Shown here piece by piece: positions 1-12,283 of a stretch of DNA of 64,000 bases; position 1 is the first letter of the stretch; every line of letters begins with the position of its first letter. This DNA comes from Sphagnum compactum (taxonomy: Eukaryota): assembly GCA_965153455.1 (NCBI GenBank), contig OZ234493.1:10530213-10594212 (forward strand). Direction: 5' to 3'. The notes below the pieces were generated by a model. It was not told the origin of the DNA, searched no databases, and worked only from the letters and a program-made list of their open reading frames with translations. Made by a program: the position numbers and the translations under genes.

Positions 1-1354
1 GGCCCCTTTTTTTTACTGGTCATATATTGCCAAAATGCAAAATGAAAAATTAAAATTCGAAAAAAATATGATTTTAGAGGTTTTCAGACACTAGAAGTGA
101 GGGAGAAAAGGAAAATAAATAAAGAAAATTCGAAATAAAAATGATTTTAGAGGTTTTCAGTCACCAGAAGTGAGGGAGAAAAAGAGTAAAAGTCAGGAGA
201 TTCATATATGTGGTTTTCATTGTGATGACAATTAAAAATTTATATTTCATTTCTCATCTATAGCCAGATTTGGCTAAATCTCCCTAGGGTCAATCACCAC
301 TTTTTCTACATCTTGCAATGAATGAATGTCACTCTAGCTCCAAACAGAAATTCCTACAAAAAACACTGATGTGCACATAGTTGTAATTGTGTGTAGTGCA
401 AAAGTACTACCTTGCATGATTCTTTCCTTGGCTGCCCTTGGCCCGTTCCATCTTTTTCATCCAAAAAGATGGATGATGCACAGACACATGTTGGACCCTC
501 GTTATGCATGCTTTAGGCTTGTAATGTTACACGAGGAACAAGCATTACACACATAAGCCTAAAACTTGCAGAACAGCACCCAAGGTGTATATGCGCAGCA
601 CCACAAGATGTGTCTTGGCACCACCAGACACATCTTTGACAGGAAAACGGGCAGGGCAGTCAAAAAATTAAAAAAAGGGTACTACATGCAATAACAACTG
701 TGCACAAATATTGTTATGGGAGTGAACCAGAGTTGCCAGTTCTCAGATTTGTGGAAGTTCAGGTCCAAGTTAGACATGAGATATTAAAATCTTTACATCA
801 CAGATAATGAGTTTTGTTAGAACTATCCTTAGAGCCGAATAAAGCAACTAGCCTCTTTTCAAAATTCAACAAGAACCTGATCATGGAACATTGTCATGTT
901 TTAAACAAGGTCAAATTCTCTAAACAAATAAGTATAACTCTATTAAAAAAGGTATAAGCTTGAGTTTAAATTTTAAGCAAGTTATTGCATTTAGTGATTA
1001 TACATAATTAATATTATATAATCTCTTTCTGGAACTGTGTGCATTAATTGCATCATTTAAGGTTACAAAATGTTTTTAAACAGTAATCGTGTGTAATGAA
1101 GATGGAACCAGACCTAGACTTTTATAACGTAAATTTTTTGTGAAAATGATTGAAATTGAAAGTTTTAAAATTTCAGGAAATGCATCTCAAGATTGTATCT
1201 TAGGTTTCATATTGAGGTTATCCGTAAAGTAAGGAAAACACAGCACCAGAGACCTGAGTTTGGTCATAAACAAGGTGAGATAAAAAAAAACCTAAAAATG
1301 AAAAAAAGGCATGAACATTCAAGGGGGGTAGGAGGGGGGAACTCAAAAAAGTCA

Positions 1355-1640
1355 TCAATTTTGGTGATAGACTGAGTTCATTCTGTCTTCACCCCTCATT
1401 CCTTTTTCCCGAGCGCCTCCACTGCTGCTACATGTATTTTCAGTACATTATACTATAACTGTTCTCGAACCTTGTGTATTAAACATTTCATACCCAGATA
1501 TGTAATAAAATTTCTTTAATTTGCGATGGATATCATTGTTATAATCGTTCTTGAACCTTGTGCATTAAATCCTATGTTTCAACATTTCATATCCAGATTT
1601 AGTAAAATTTCCTTACTTTGTGGACACCACTGATTTGAAG
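1355..1640 (+). repeat. Dispersed repeat, second copy at ~30990-31190
   Basis: Both copies share CAATTTTGGTG..ACTGAGTT, CGCCTCCACTGCTGCTACAT, CTCGAACCTTGTGCATTAAAT and ACTTTG.GGA.ACCACTGA. Confidence 0.8.
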
Positions 1641-1740
1641 GTTAAAAGAGGGGTGTGAGGATGAAAGGAGCCCCAAAGACAGAATGAAGACAGGATGACT
1701 TTACCAATAACTTTATTACCCAAAAAATAATTCTAGAACA

Positions 1741-2100
1741 AGGACTGAATATTCCTTTTGAAATCAAGAACCTAGCAACACTGGAGTGAACCAGCAAGCA
1801 CAAGAGCTGTAAACGCCTTGGTACTCGATTTCCCTTCAACTACAAAGTACTCCACTAAGCACTTCCCTCCCCCATCTCTCACTCCCCCCTCCAGAATTCC
1901 AAAGAACGGATCTCAACACCGGACCTTCGGTTCCATCAAAAACCAAGAACTAACAAGAGTTATAACCAGGACTGAAGGTTCCTTTTGAGATCAAGAACCA
2001 AACAACACTGGAGTGAACCAGCAAGCACCAGAGCCGTAAAAGCCTTGGTACTTGAATTCCCTTCACCTACAAAGTACTCCACTGAGCACTTTCCTCATCC
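1741..2100. repeat. ~130-bp direct duplication upstream of the ARM gene
   Basis: 1741-1870 and 1968-2100 share AGGACTGAA..TTCCTTTTGA.ATCAAGAACC...CAACACTGGAGTGAACCAGCAAGCAC...CTACAAAGTACTCCACT.AGCACTT. Confidence 0.85.
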
Positions 2101-2854
2101 CGCCCCCCTTCCAAACTCTGGATTGTCCGGAAGTGAGTAAGATGACATGCAGATGCAGGCAGAAAAAGGCAAAAGCTGTGCTACCAAACAGAAATATTTT
2201 TATACATCATTGCACTTACAACGTCTCAGACCAGCAGCCGCAAAATCTTTATTGCCAGAAACAAATTTGAAGCAGCAATACTTTAGCAGCACATGGGAAT
2301 TGTTCTGACAAAAGTTGAAGTTACACAGACTTCCAGTCCTTTGTGCATAAACTGCACACACTTGTGTGAAGAATGGCGTCAACAATGATTGGCGACAGTT
2401 GCGATTCAATTACTATGTTCAACGTGATGCTATATAATATGATTCCAAAAACCTCCAGAAACAAACAGATTACCTGAACTGTGTGTGTGTACGTGAGAGA
2501 GAGAGAGAGAGATAGAGAGAGAGACGCAGAGAGACAAATTTGTCATTTTGTGGTGTGCTCTCCTGCACTCCTTGCTATCCTGAAGTTTCAAGTCTTATGT
2601 GATTCATTTTCTTTGCTAATCTTCAGTTGAAATCGTGGTGTAGGTGTTCTTTGGTCTTTTGATAGCAGTTGTGGGTCTGGTCCTTGGCTTTTGAGAAGAA
2701 GACGAGAACTTAGTTCTATAGCTGATTCTGAACTTGCATTGTCTCTACAATATAGCGCTCTAGAGGGCTTGGATACTTCTGTTAGAAGAGAACAAGTTTC
2801 TGCAGCGACTCGAGATCCGTTTATTACAGCGCCTGATCCTCACATCTCCAGCAA

Positions 2855-5800
2855 ATGGAGCAAGGCCCAGAAAGTGGAGCTGCTGTTGCTGCTGCTGCCT
2901 CCGACGAAATACTCTGTCCTAGTGCTAATGCAAAGCATAACGCCATGAAGAAGGGGGGCTTTACGTCAGTGGCAGTTTCGCCACTCGTCCATCGCGGAAC
3001 ATCGGGGGAGCCAAATGTTGCATCTGCACCCGATCAGTCCGTAGGCTCCGGATCCTTCTCCTTGGGGAATCAGTTGAAGATCGATATTCCGGCCGCAGAC
3101 CCGGTCCTCACGTCTAGCATTAGCGGAAAGGCGTCCATGGCCAGCTGTTACGGGACTTCAGCCAGTTTGGCGTCCTCTCTTGGACGCCCATCCATGAATT
3201 TCCTACACGCCAACGACCCATTCTCTCCATCAGCTGGTCCTAATCTTCTCGAGCCGGAGGTCGAATCTGAGACTCAAGGAAACGACATGCAGGACGATCA
3301 GGACCCAGCACCAGAGAAAGGCATAACCCTGGTGTTGGTCCGATTAGCCGTTTTAGAGAAAGCAGCGAGCATGATCGGCAAGCTAGCATTCGCATGGGCA
3401 ACCATCGTCCTGTTAGGCGCATACAGCGACGTGGAATCGCCTTTGGATTTTCGATTGATATCAATGCTGCTATGTACAGAAGGTACCCGCATCTTCTCCC
3501 GCGCACATGAACTCAAATGGCAACATGCAGCTGCGCGATCCTCATTATCAATTTACAAGCTCCCGAAGTGGTTGAAGCGAGCGTCCTCATCCGTGATGCA
3601 AGTCGGCTCCGACATAGTTTACGAAAGCCGTCGTTTTGCCAAGAACTTGGTCTCAGATCTCTCGTTTCAGCGCACTGCAGCAAACCTGGCCACCTGCGTA
3701 ACAAGCTACAACAACGAGAACGATCATCATCACCAGCGTCACGAGAGCTTCTGCAAGCCTACCCAAAACGTCAGTCTGATTCCCTACACGGGCGATGGAA
3801 CTAGCAGCTCCAAAATGTTCACGAGGCCGATTTTCATCTCCAAACGTGCAATACGCATCGGCAACGCAACACGCACGCCGTCTGTGGCACGGAAGTGGTC
3901 CATGTCCATGGCTCCATTAGTACCTTTGGTATCCTATTTCTCGGCCAAGACAGTGTCACAACTGTTGCGCTACCTCCAGATTCTGTCCGCACTTCTCTCG
4001 GTCGCCGTTTCCGTGTGGCGTCTTTGCGCACTGCCGTCCTTCCATCCCCTTCATCCGTCTCCCAATGTGAAGCTTAGTCTCTATCTCTTCTACTCCATGT
4101 CATTTATGGAGGGGTTCATCTTCTTGCTGGAGAAAGTCTACTGGAACTACAAGATTACTTGCGGAAAATTGCTGGAGAATGTGAGAAACTGTCTAACGGG
4201 CGATCTCACTGAAGAAGAGCATCAGGATCATACCAACATTCTCGAGAGCTTTTTCTACGAGGTATTATTAATAAGGACATCTTTCCATTACGCTGCTTGT
4301 CATCCCAGTCACACACATGTGTGCTGTGTTCCATTAGGCTCCTGTGATCACAGCACACTCACAATTACACACACACACTGTAGTGTGCTGTGATCACAGT
4401 AGCCTAATGGAAAGCCACTCATAATATAAGGCCTTGTTTCTTGTTGCATAGACAGGCGCTTTGCTTACGAGAACTGCACCTACGAACAAAGTACGTAGTT
4501 AATCAATGTTACTAACACTAGAGAATACGTTCTAAATTTTAAAGAAAAAAAGAATAATATGACTTTGTCATGATAGAGGTGTGAGATGATGGTGAGCACA
4601 AGTAGTTGCAGAAAATAATGGAAAGCTGTTATGATCATAGAATTTGTGATCACCAGCAGCTTAATGGAAAGATGTCATCCTTTGTATTTAGTCCATTGCA
4701 TTCAAGTGATTGAAGTCAATGAAGTTTGGCTTGCATGATGGTTGTTATGAGACCTTTCCTGATTTATGAATTTTACATGATGAGAACTTTTGGCTCAGGT
4801 CTGGACAAGTTGAGCAACATGATCATGATCATCGATGGCTTAAGCTAAAATTTTGTTGGGTGGCAAACATAGGTCTATTCCAAGAGTTTGAATGGGAGCG
4901 CTTTCGATGGCCTGGACTTGGACTTGGTGACTTACAGTTTGGGCCTATTACAATCAGATGATGCAAAAGCAGTTTTGAACGGTACGAGGGTGCTCAGAGT
5001 ATTGGCTTATCACCAGAGTGCCGCTGTTCGTAATGATGTTTTCCGTCGCATTGGCATAACTATAGGTTGGTCTCCAACCTCAAATTTCAGACTTATGTTA
5101 GCAATTTATGCTGTTCTCGCAGGCACTGTCTCCACAAGAGTTTACACACTATATGTTCTTGGGAGCACAAACTATCAAATGTGCATATAATAGCACACAG
5201 TATTCCTGCAATCCTCGTATATTTCATGTGCTTTTTTTTCGGGTAATATAACCAATTATGTGAACAACTTTGTAGTCATGCAACATCAATTAGTGGGGTG
5301 AAATAATATTGATGATGAACCATTAATATTGATAGTACAGTAATGTGAGTTGTAGGTGCCATGGACCGTTTGGTGGAGATGCTGGCATGGCGTAATCCGC
5401 ATGAGATAGAAATAAGGAAGCATGCGGCAGCCGTCGTGAAGCATTTGCTGCATTTCACTCGCAATTGTTCGCGAGTGATGGCCATAGTAGGATCCTTGGA
5501 TAACATCGTGTCTCTTCTCCGCTTTGATGACGAAGATCTGACCACCCATTGTACGATTCCTTTCACCCCATATTTAAATCATTCTTCAACTAATGGACTA
5601 AGTTTGGGTTGGTGGAGATCATACATAGCCTAAGTTGCTCTAAATAACTAGGAGAATTGAGAGTTTCACAATAGTTATTCAATTAGTGTCAATAGGAATA
5701 AACAATGTCATAACTCCATCAAGTTGGATACGTCCTAAAATTGAGTTTTCAATCAACCATGTTAAGGAAAAATTGTTCCTTATTTGCCCAAAGATGTATG

Positions 5801-7659
5801 AACAGATGACCTTTGAATCATGAAACCATTCAAAGTCAATGTATGGCTTCAAATGGTTGGAAAGTGATTTAATTGAATGGGAGTTGACTTCACATGTTGC
5901 CACTCAACACACCTTAAAGACCTAATATCACAACCTATAATACTTGCTTGGTTCACACATGACAACAACTCCAATAGATTGATTAGTTCAACTTCTTTCA
6001 GAGTTATACAACTTTTTCATCATATTGTAAATTGGGTCAAGTTTTATACATTGGGCAACGTACTTACTTTCATCAATGTTATTCCTTATATTATCTTGGG
6101 GTTGGTTCAGGTCCAACAATAAATGATGCAGATTGGACAATTCCTCCATCAGAAATAGCGGAGCTACAAAATTATGGTTTGAAAATATTGAAGTGTTTAG
6201 CCATGGACCATTCACTTTGTTATAAGATTGGTGAAACTCAGGGTCTTCTTACCATCCTTGTTGATCTCATTGAAGTTCGATATCGCACGCAAATTCCAAA
6301 TGATCCTAAAAGCCCTTATCGGAAAACTATAAAAAATAGCTTGCAACTTCTTCAACTATTGTCAGGTGCTACAGGTCGTTCCGGAAAACTCTTACGACCA
6401 TTAATAACTGATGTTGTGTCTACAATCCCCCATGTTCGAGACATATTGGAGCATAGAGAAAAGTTTGGGGAATTACAACGGTTTGCTGTGGATATATTGA
6501 CCAACCTAGCTTTGGATGAAACATCTCGTGGAACCATAGGGAGTACTGGAGGGGTTCTAAAAAATCTCATGGCTTTACTTGTTCAACAAGGAATGTCATC
6601 TCATTCAAACATTGGATGTGAAAGATCAACTTCTTCCAAGGTTTGCTACTTTATCACAACTTCACATGCTTGATGAAATGAACTTTGTAGCAAGTCTATT
6701 CTAAGTTTAATAAGATTCTTGATAAAAACTATTTTGGGTTGGATCATTGCATTATTTTTTTCTTGGACCAAATAGGCATTAAACACCAATTTGTTCCATT
6801 GTTTTGGGCAATATTGAATAACACCTGACTTAGAACATGCCACACCCATTCTCCTAGATAACTAACAGATAGATTCAAATTTGGCTTTGGGGCTACACCG
6901 TACGTTTTAAGATTAAATATTATACCAATGTGTCTCACTAACAAGCTTTGTTATTTCATCATGCAGATTGCGAAAGGTGAAGAAATTGTAGTAGCAACCA
7001 AAGCTGGCAAAGCCCTCACTCTTTTGGCATTAAGAAATCCCAAAAATTGTGAGCGGATTCTAAAGTTGAATTTCGCGCATGGAGACACAAATTCTTTGGG
7101 CACTCTTATGGAGCTCTTACGAAATGAAGAAGTTGGGACCTCTGCTGCAAGAATTTTGTCCAGCATTTTCACATACACCAACTCGGAGAATCAAGCACAA
7201 ATATGTAAGGCAATTGAGTTTCTCATGACAAAGTTGTTGAAGACAAGTGATATGGAAGCACAAGAAGCCATAATTGGATTAGTTGCCAAGGCAATCTCAA
7301 CCCTTAGCACAAATGACTTTGAGAAAATTTGGACAGACAAAGACATTCCACGAGACGATGTGGTGAAATTATTGTTGGATATCTTGAAGCATGCACCTAC
7401 TACCATGAGATTACCTTGCAGACGAAGATACGCAATTCAATTGGTGATTGTCTTGTTGGAAAGGGATGAAGGATTTGTCTCTTTGTTTATCAATGCACAT
7501 CTGGGTGATGAGCTAAATGAAACACTACAAAACATTTCGGATGTAGAAAACTTTCTGTTATTTTCAGGTGGTGCAGGATTAGTTCCACATTCAGAGGAGA
7601 TGGAAGATCTCATAGAAAAGGCTTTACAGATCTTTAATTCATCAATGTCTCATAAGTAG
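2855..7659 (+). CDS. Transmembrane + ARM-repeat protein (BLE2-like ARM superfamily), 5 exons, ~1005 aa
   Basis: Exons 2855-4261, 4873-5065, 5356-5550, 6111-6640 and 6967-7659 have GT..AG borders and consistent phases (total 3018 nt). Motifs match the plant ARM/BLE2-like family as I recall it: LAVLEKAASMIGKLAFAWATIVLLG, EGTRIFSRAHELKWQH, RLVEMLAWRNP, GLKILKCLAMDHSLCYKIG, LTNLALDE..RGTIGSTGG, and RRYAIQL...ENFLLFSGGAGLVPH. Confidence 0.88.
4276..4676. mobile_element. MITE-like inverted-repeat element in intron 1 of the ARM gene
   Basis: Terminal IR GACATCTTTCCATTACGCTGCTTGTCATC / GATCACCAGCAGCTTAATGGAAAGATGTC, plus an internal 31-bp near-perfect hairpin at 4329-4412. Confidence 0.65.
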
Positions 7660-10600
7660 AAACCTTTAAATTGCATCAGATTTGATTCAATGTTGAATCA
7701 CAAATAGGAAGAAAAATACACACATGTACATGTATATATATTGTATGGTGAATCTCATTAGCTTTTAGGAACAAACATTTGCAAACCTCTCATGTATAAT
7801 TATCTTTGTCCCTTAACATTATTTGATTTTTGGCTAAATCTTTCTAAAGAGTCAATCCAAAAACTTGAGTTTCTTTGGGGCGAGGGAATACATCATGTGG
7901 TTGACCATTGAATTGATTCTAGCTTTGGAAGAAGGTAAGTCATGTTGGAAGTTTGTGTTTGTTGGGTCTTAAAATTCAACAAAAAAAACTTTCAGAAATA
8001 ATGTAAAGGTGTACAACACATTACTACTTCAAAATGATTTTAAACAGATTTTCCATTTAGAGGGGACATGAAAGGGATGATGGAAAGATGGGACATCATG
8101 CTATTTAAAGGATATGAATTTGGCAGATTTGATTATGCAAATAATGAACCAATAATGTTCTATTTACCTTTCTTTTCACAACATTAAATCCTTGAATAAT
8201 TTAAAATGTACACGCATTGAATAAATTATACCTTTTCCCTCAAGATAAATAATACCTTGTGATCATACAAGTTGGGAGGCGAGGGCCTTATATGGATTTC
8301 CTCAAATCCTATCTACAGTCCATTTCAAGCTACATGAATATTCATTAGTTGAATAAATAACAATAGGGACTTAATGACATTATTAAAGTTATATTCAAAG
8401 GATGGAAAATATATCCTCTAAGTTCACTTTATTCAATTTAGTTGTGCATTTGGACATTGCTCCTAATGCTTCTAGGTAATGGTTCTTTTTCTAAAAGTAT
8501 TAAATTGGGGCATCCTCATGATTGGAAGACTTCATGCTTTTGGATTAGAATTCTCGATAAGTATGTTATGAACATGCATTTTAATTTCTAATTATTTCTC
8601 ATTCCTTGTCATCTTTACAACACATCGAAACATATGCACCAACTCCTCCATGACGACAAATAACACATCTAAAACTTGATGTAAAGCCTTGGTTGATCTT
8701 CTTTTTGTGTAGTTGTAGGCCACCTTATATCCATGAATAATGCCTCTTTTAGGTGTGAAGGACCCTTATGCCTAGTAAGTGCCTCCGCACCTACTAGTGC
8801 TACTTCATGATCTTTCCATACATCATTGCTTCATGGTTGAGCAATGTTTTAACTTGTGATTCACCTTGAGCTTTAATACATATGGATAAGGCCCATAAGT
8901 TGGCATGGGAGCGGGGGCATTCCACCAAAATGTGGAGTTAGGTTTTAGTTATGCTTCACCTAGATCTCTTATTTCATAAGTACCCACACCTTGTACCATT
9001 GTCCTAAGGAACTAGAATGCAACCAGAATTTTTTTTTGTTTATGTAGTGTAAATTTGAATTAAAAAAATAAAATTGGCCAAATTTCTACATCACAAAATG
9101 GAGGCGAAACAAAAAGAAAAAGAAGAAACCTGGACTCATGACCTAATTTTGAAGTTTCTAAATTTTCAACACAATTTTTTCAAAGCAAGCACCCAAACTC
9201 TCTCCTCACTTGCTTGAAGTTAGTTATTTAGCTAAGTGAACATTATTTTTTTTTTTAAAATAAAATTTATATATATATATGACGAGAATTCAATTTTCTG
9301 TAAATTTTTATAATTATTTTTGGTGACCCATCATTATCCGCTTGAACCCTCCTCCTCGTCTCTCGCTAGTGGCGTGCTTGTCTCGCTCGCATGTGGTCTT
9401 AGCTTTCCTCGGGCGTTCGGCTGCAATTTTTAAATTCGAGCTTTTCGAGGACTTGCGGACCTAACGCGGTACGTCTCAACATCTCCTTGCGCTCGCGCTC
9501 GTTTTCTGCATATTTTGAGCTCTTTTTTGCTGGTTTTGGTTTGCATTTGGTCCTTATTAGTAGTCTTTCTCCCTCTTTTGGTCCTTAGTCTCTCTCACTC
9601 GTGTTGTTTGCCTCTTTTTTTCTCCTTTCCTTTTTCTTTCCTCTCTTTATTTTCCCTTACATTCTCGCTTCGATGCACTTGGAATTTCTATTTTCACTTT
9701 TTTTTTTCCTGGTTGCTTTCTCTCATTTTCTGCTTTAGTCTTTCGTGTTCTCCGTTCCAGGTAATGTACATTTCTGTTTCGTGAGGATATTTTTGGGCCG
9801 AATTTCTTTCTTCTGTGTGTCGATTTTCAATCCGGGATTTCTCATACAGCATTTTGGAGATCTGTTGGAGAATTTTTGAACTGTTATCTGCACTCTTGTG
9901 AATTTTGTTTTCTGTTTCTGAAGCGTACTGAGGTTCCACGCATGTTTACGGTTTTAGCTTGCTCTGAGAGAGTGTGTTTTTTCCTGCGCATGTACGTATG
10001 CTTTTCATAGCTTCCGCTTGTGAGCATGGAGAGCTACTGCAAGAAACTGTCTTCTTCTGCTCAATGTTTTCACTCCATTTTGTAACCTCCAGCTAGCATT
10101 GTTATGTGGTTGGCTTGATCATGTCAATTGCCATCAATCACATACTGAATCTTGGCTTCTTTGCTTTTGTGCCTTGTAATTCTCAGAAAGGTGGTTTTGC
10201 TATAAACAAATTCATTGCTATTGTGTAGTGGATTCCTTTCTCAGCATGTCAAATTCTAGGTCAAGAATCAAACCCTACTGATGTCACTTTTCCTGAGTTG
10301 TGGCATTTCCTAGGCAACAAGTAGTTAAATGAGTGTGTACGATTGGCAGTCACATTTTTGGTGTCACAATGTGTCATTGAGCATGTTGCTGTATTGGACT
10401 GTTGGCCTTACTTACTTTTCTCTTGCACAGTTGGCTCTCAAAGGTGCGGTAGGTTTGTGCACAATTTTTCCTTAATCATCATCTGAGATTTAGAATGCAT
10501 TGAGAAGGCAGTAGTCCATGCCCACCTGAGAAACCTTGCTGTAAGCCAGCTCCATGATGACATTGTTTCCTTAGTGGCAACAGTTTGTTTTAAGATTTCC

Positions 10601-12283
10601 CAAAATGTGTGCTTTCTGTGCAGGCCTGATTCTGGTATTTCAACAACATTTTAGCTGCATCTCAGCTCCATATCCTTATTCTACTCGGAAGGATTTGATT
10701 TGCACCTACGGTTCAAGAATGTTCCAGGTCGGTGTATTCTTGTCGAAGGCTTTATTAGTATGCAGTGATAAGTTGAAACAGAAACATGGAAAATTACTCT
10801 GGAACTTGCACTTCGATCTCAGTGATGCCCACAATAGGAAAGTGCCTGTTTGAAAATGCTGGCAGTGTAGTGCTATGCTTCTGGCATCACAGAAACATCC
10901 ACCATTCAGTTGAGAATCCAGTTTTTGGTTGTTTTTTTTGGGGGCTGTGGATAATGGTTCTTCTTTTTTGTAGTAATCACTTCATGCTCTTGAAGATGCA
11001 AACCTGTTCACTAGGCATGGCCCTGGTGACATAGTCAATTCAGATATGTGGCAGGACCCTTTTGAATGTAAGCTTGCCTTCTGGATGAACTATAGAGGTA
11101 TCTACCAAAGCAACCAGAGGGTGGTGTACCACAGAAAGACTTTTGATCAGAGTTTTTTCCTTTCAAATCTTTGAAATGATTGTTTCAAAGGGTTTCTCAT
11201 TCCTAAATGGGGAGCTTTTCAAAGCCCACATAATCCTCTAAATTTTTGTCTCAAAGTTCGCCTTCATACTTCACTCTGGTTTTTTGGGATAGTTTTTGTT
11301 TTCCATTTCTGGCCTTTTCCCTTTCTGTTAGTCTTTATTCTGGGGTTTTTTTTATGTTCTTTTTCTTGAGGTTGCCAGAATCATGGCTGAGTTTCGATGT
11401 TACTGTCTGTCTTGTGACAGAAACTCAGTATGTTAGTTAATGCTTGATGTTAACCTACACCCATTGTGGGCCCATAGCCAGGATCAATGAAGTCAGTGGG
11501 GTTGTATTGATAGGTGGTCAATGCCAATGCCATCCATGTTGCTGTTGAAGATCCCTGAACATGTGCATGACTCTTGCTGTTGTTCAAACCACTCCTTACC
11601 TCTGTTGTCTTGTTTTCTCTTTTCCTAAGGGCATGGTCTCCTCCCCCTCCCCCATACCCTCCATGGGCAGCCTTTCTGATTGTTGCTGGCTTTTGTTAGA
11701 TCTGAAATATCCATTAAATTTCTAGATAGGGTCATCGCTCAATTCTTTTTAGGTCGACAAAAATTGTATGCACTGAGAAATTCTCAGTACTTACAAAGAC
11801 ATATACTAGCAAAGTTTCTCTTGAGTTGTGGCAGTGAATGTAAGAACACCTTTTTTGCAGGAATGTATCACCATGCTCATCTCTAACTGGTGAGCAGGTT
11901 CTTAACCATGACTTGCTCACCCAAAGGCTACACCATTAAAGACTATATAGGCTGTATGCTTTCGGTCAAATTAGAATTTATTAAAGAGTTGGTCAAGTAA
12001 TGTGACTGCTTTTTCAGGTAGTGGGGCATCCTGTGGCAAGCACACATTGTCTTCACCAGTTTTGGCCAGCTTTGAAGCGAAAAAATGTTGTTTCTGAGAA
12101 CTTGCCAAAATGCTCAGTAAGCTTGTTATCTCTTGTGAGTTCTGATTGCTGCCAAATCAAAAGAATTGTCAGTTGAAGCAACAAGTGAATTTGCACAGAG
12201 GTCCCTGAAAAACTGTCTCAGGAAGAATCAATATTGATGTCGTATGATGTCCAGTCTCCATAAATGCCTGATCTTTGTGTGAA

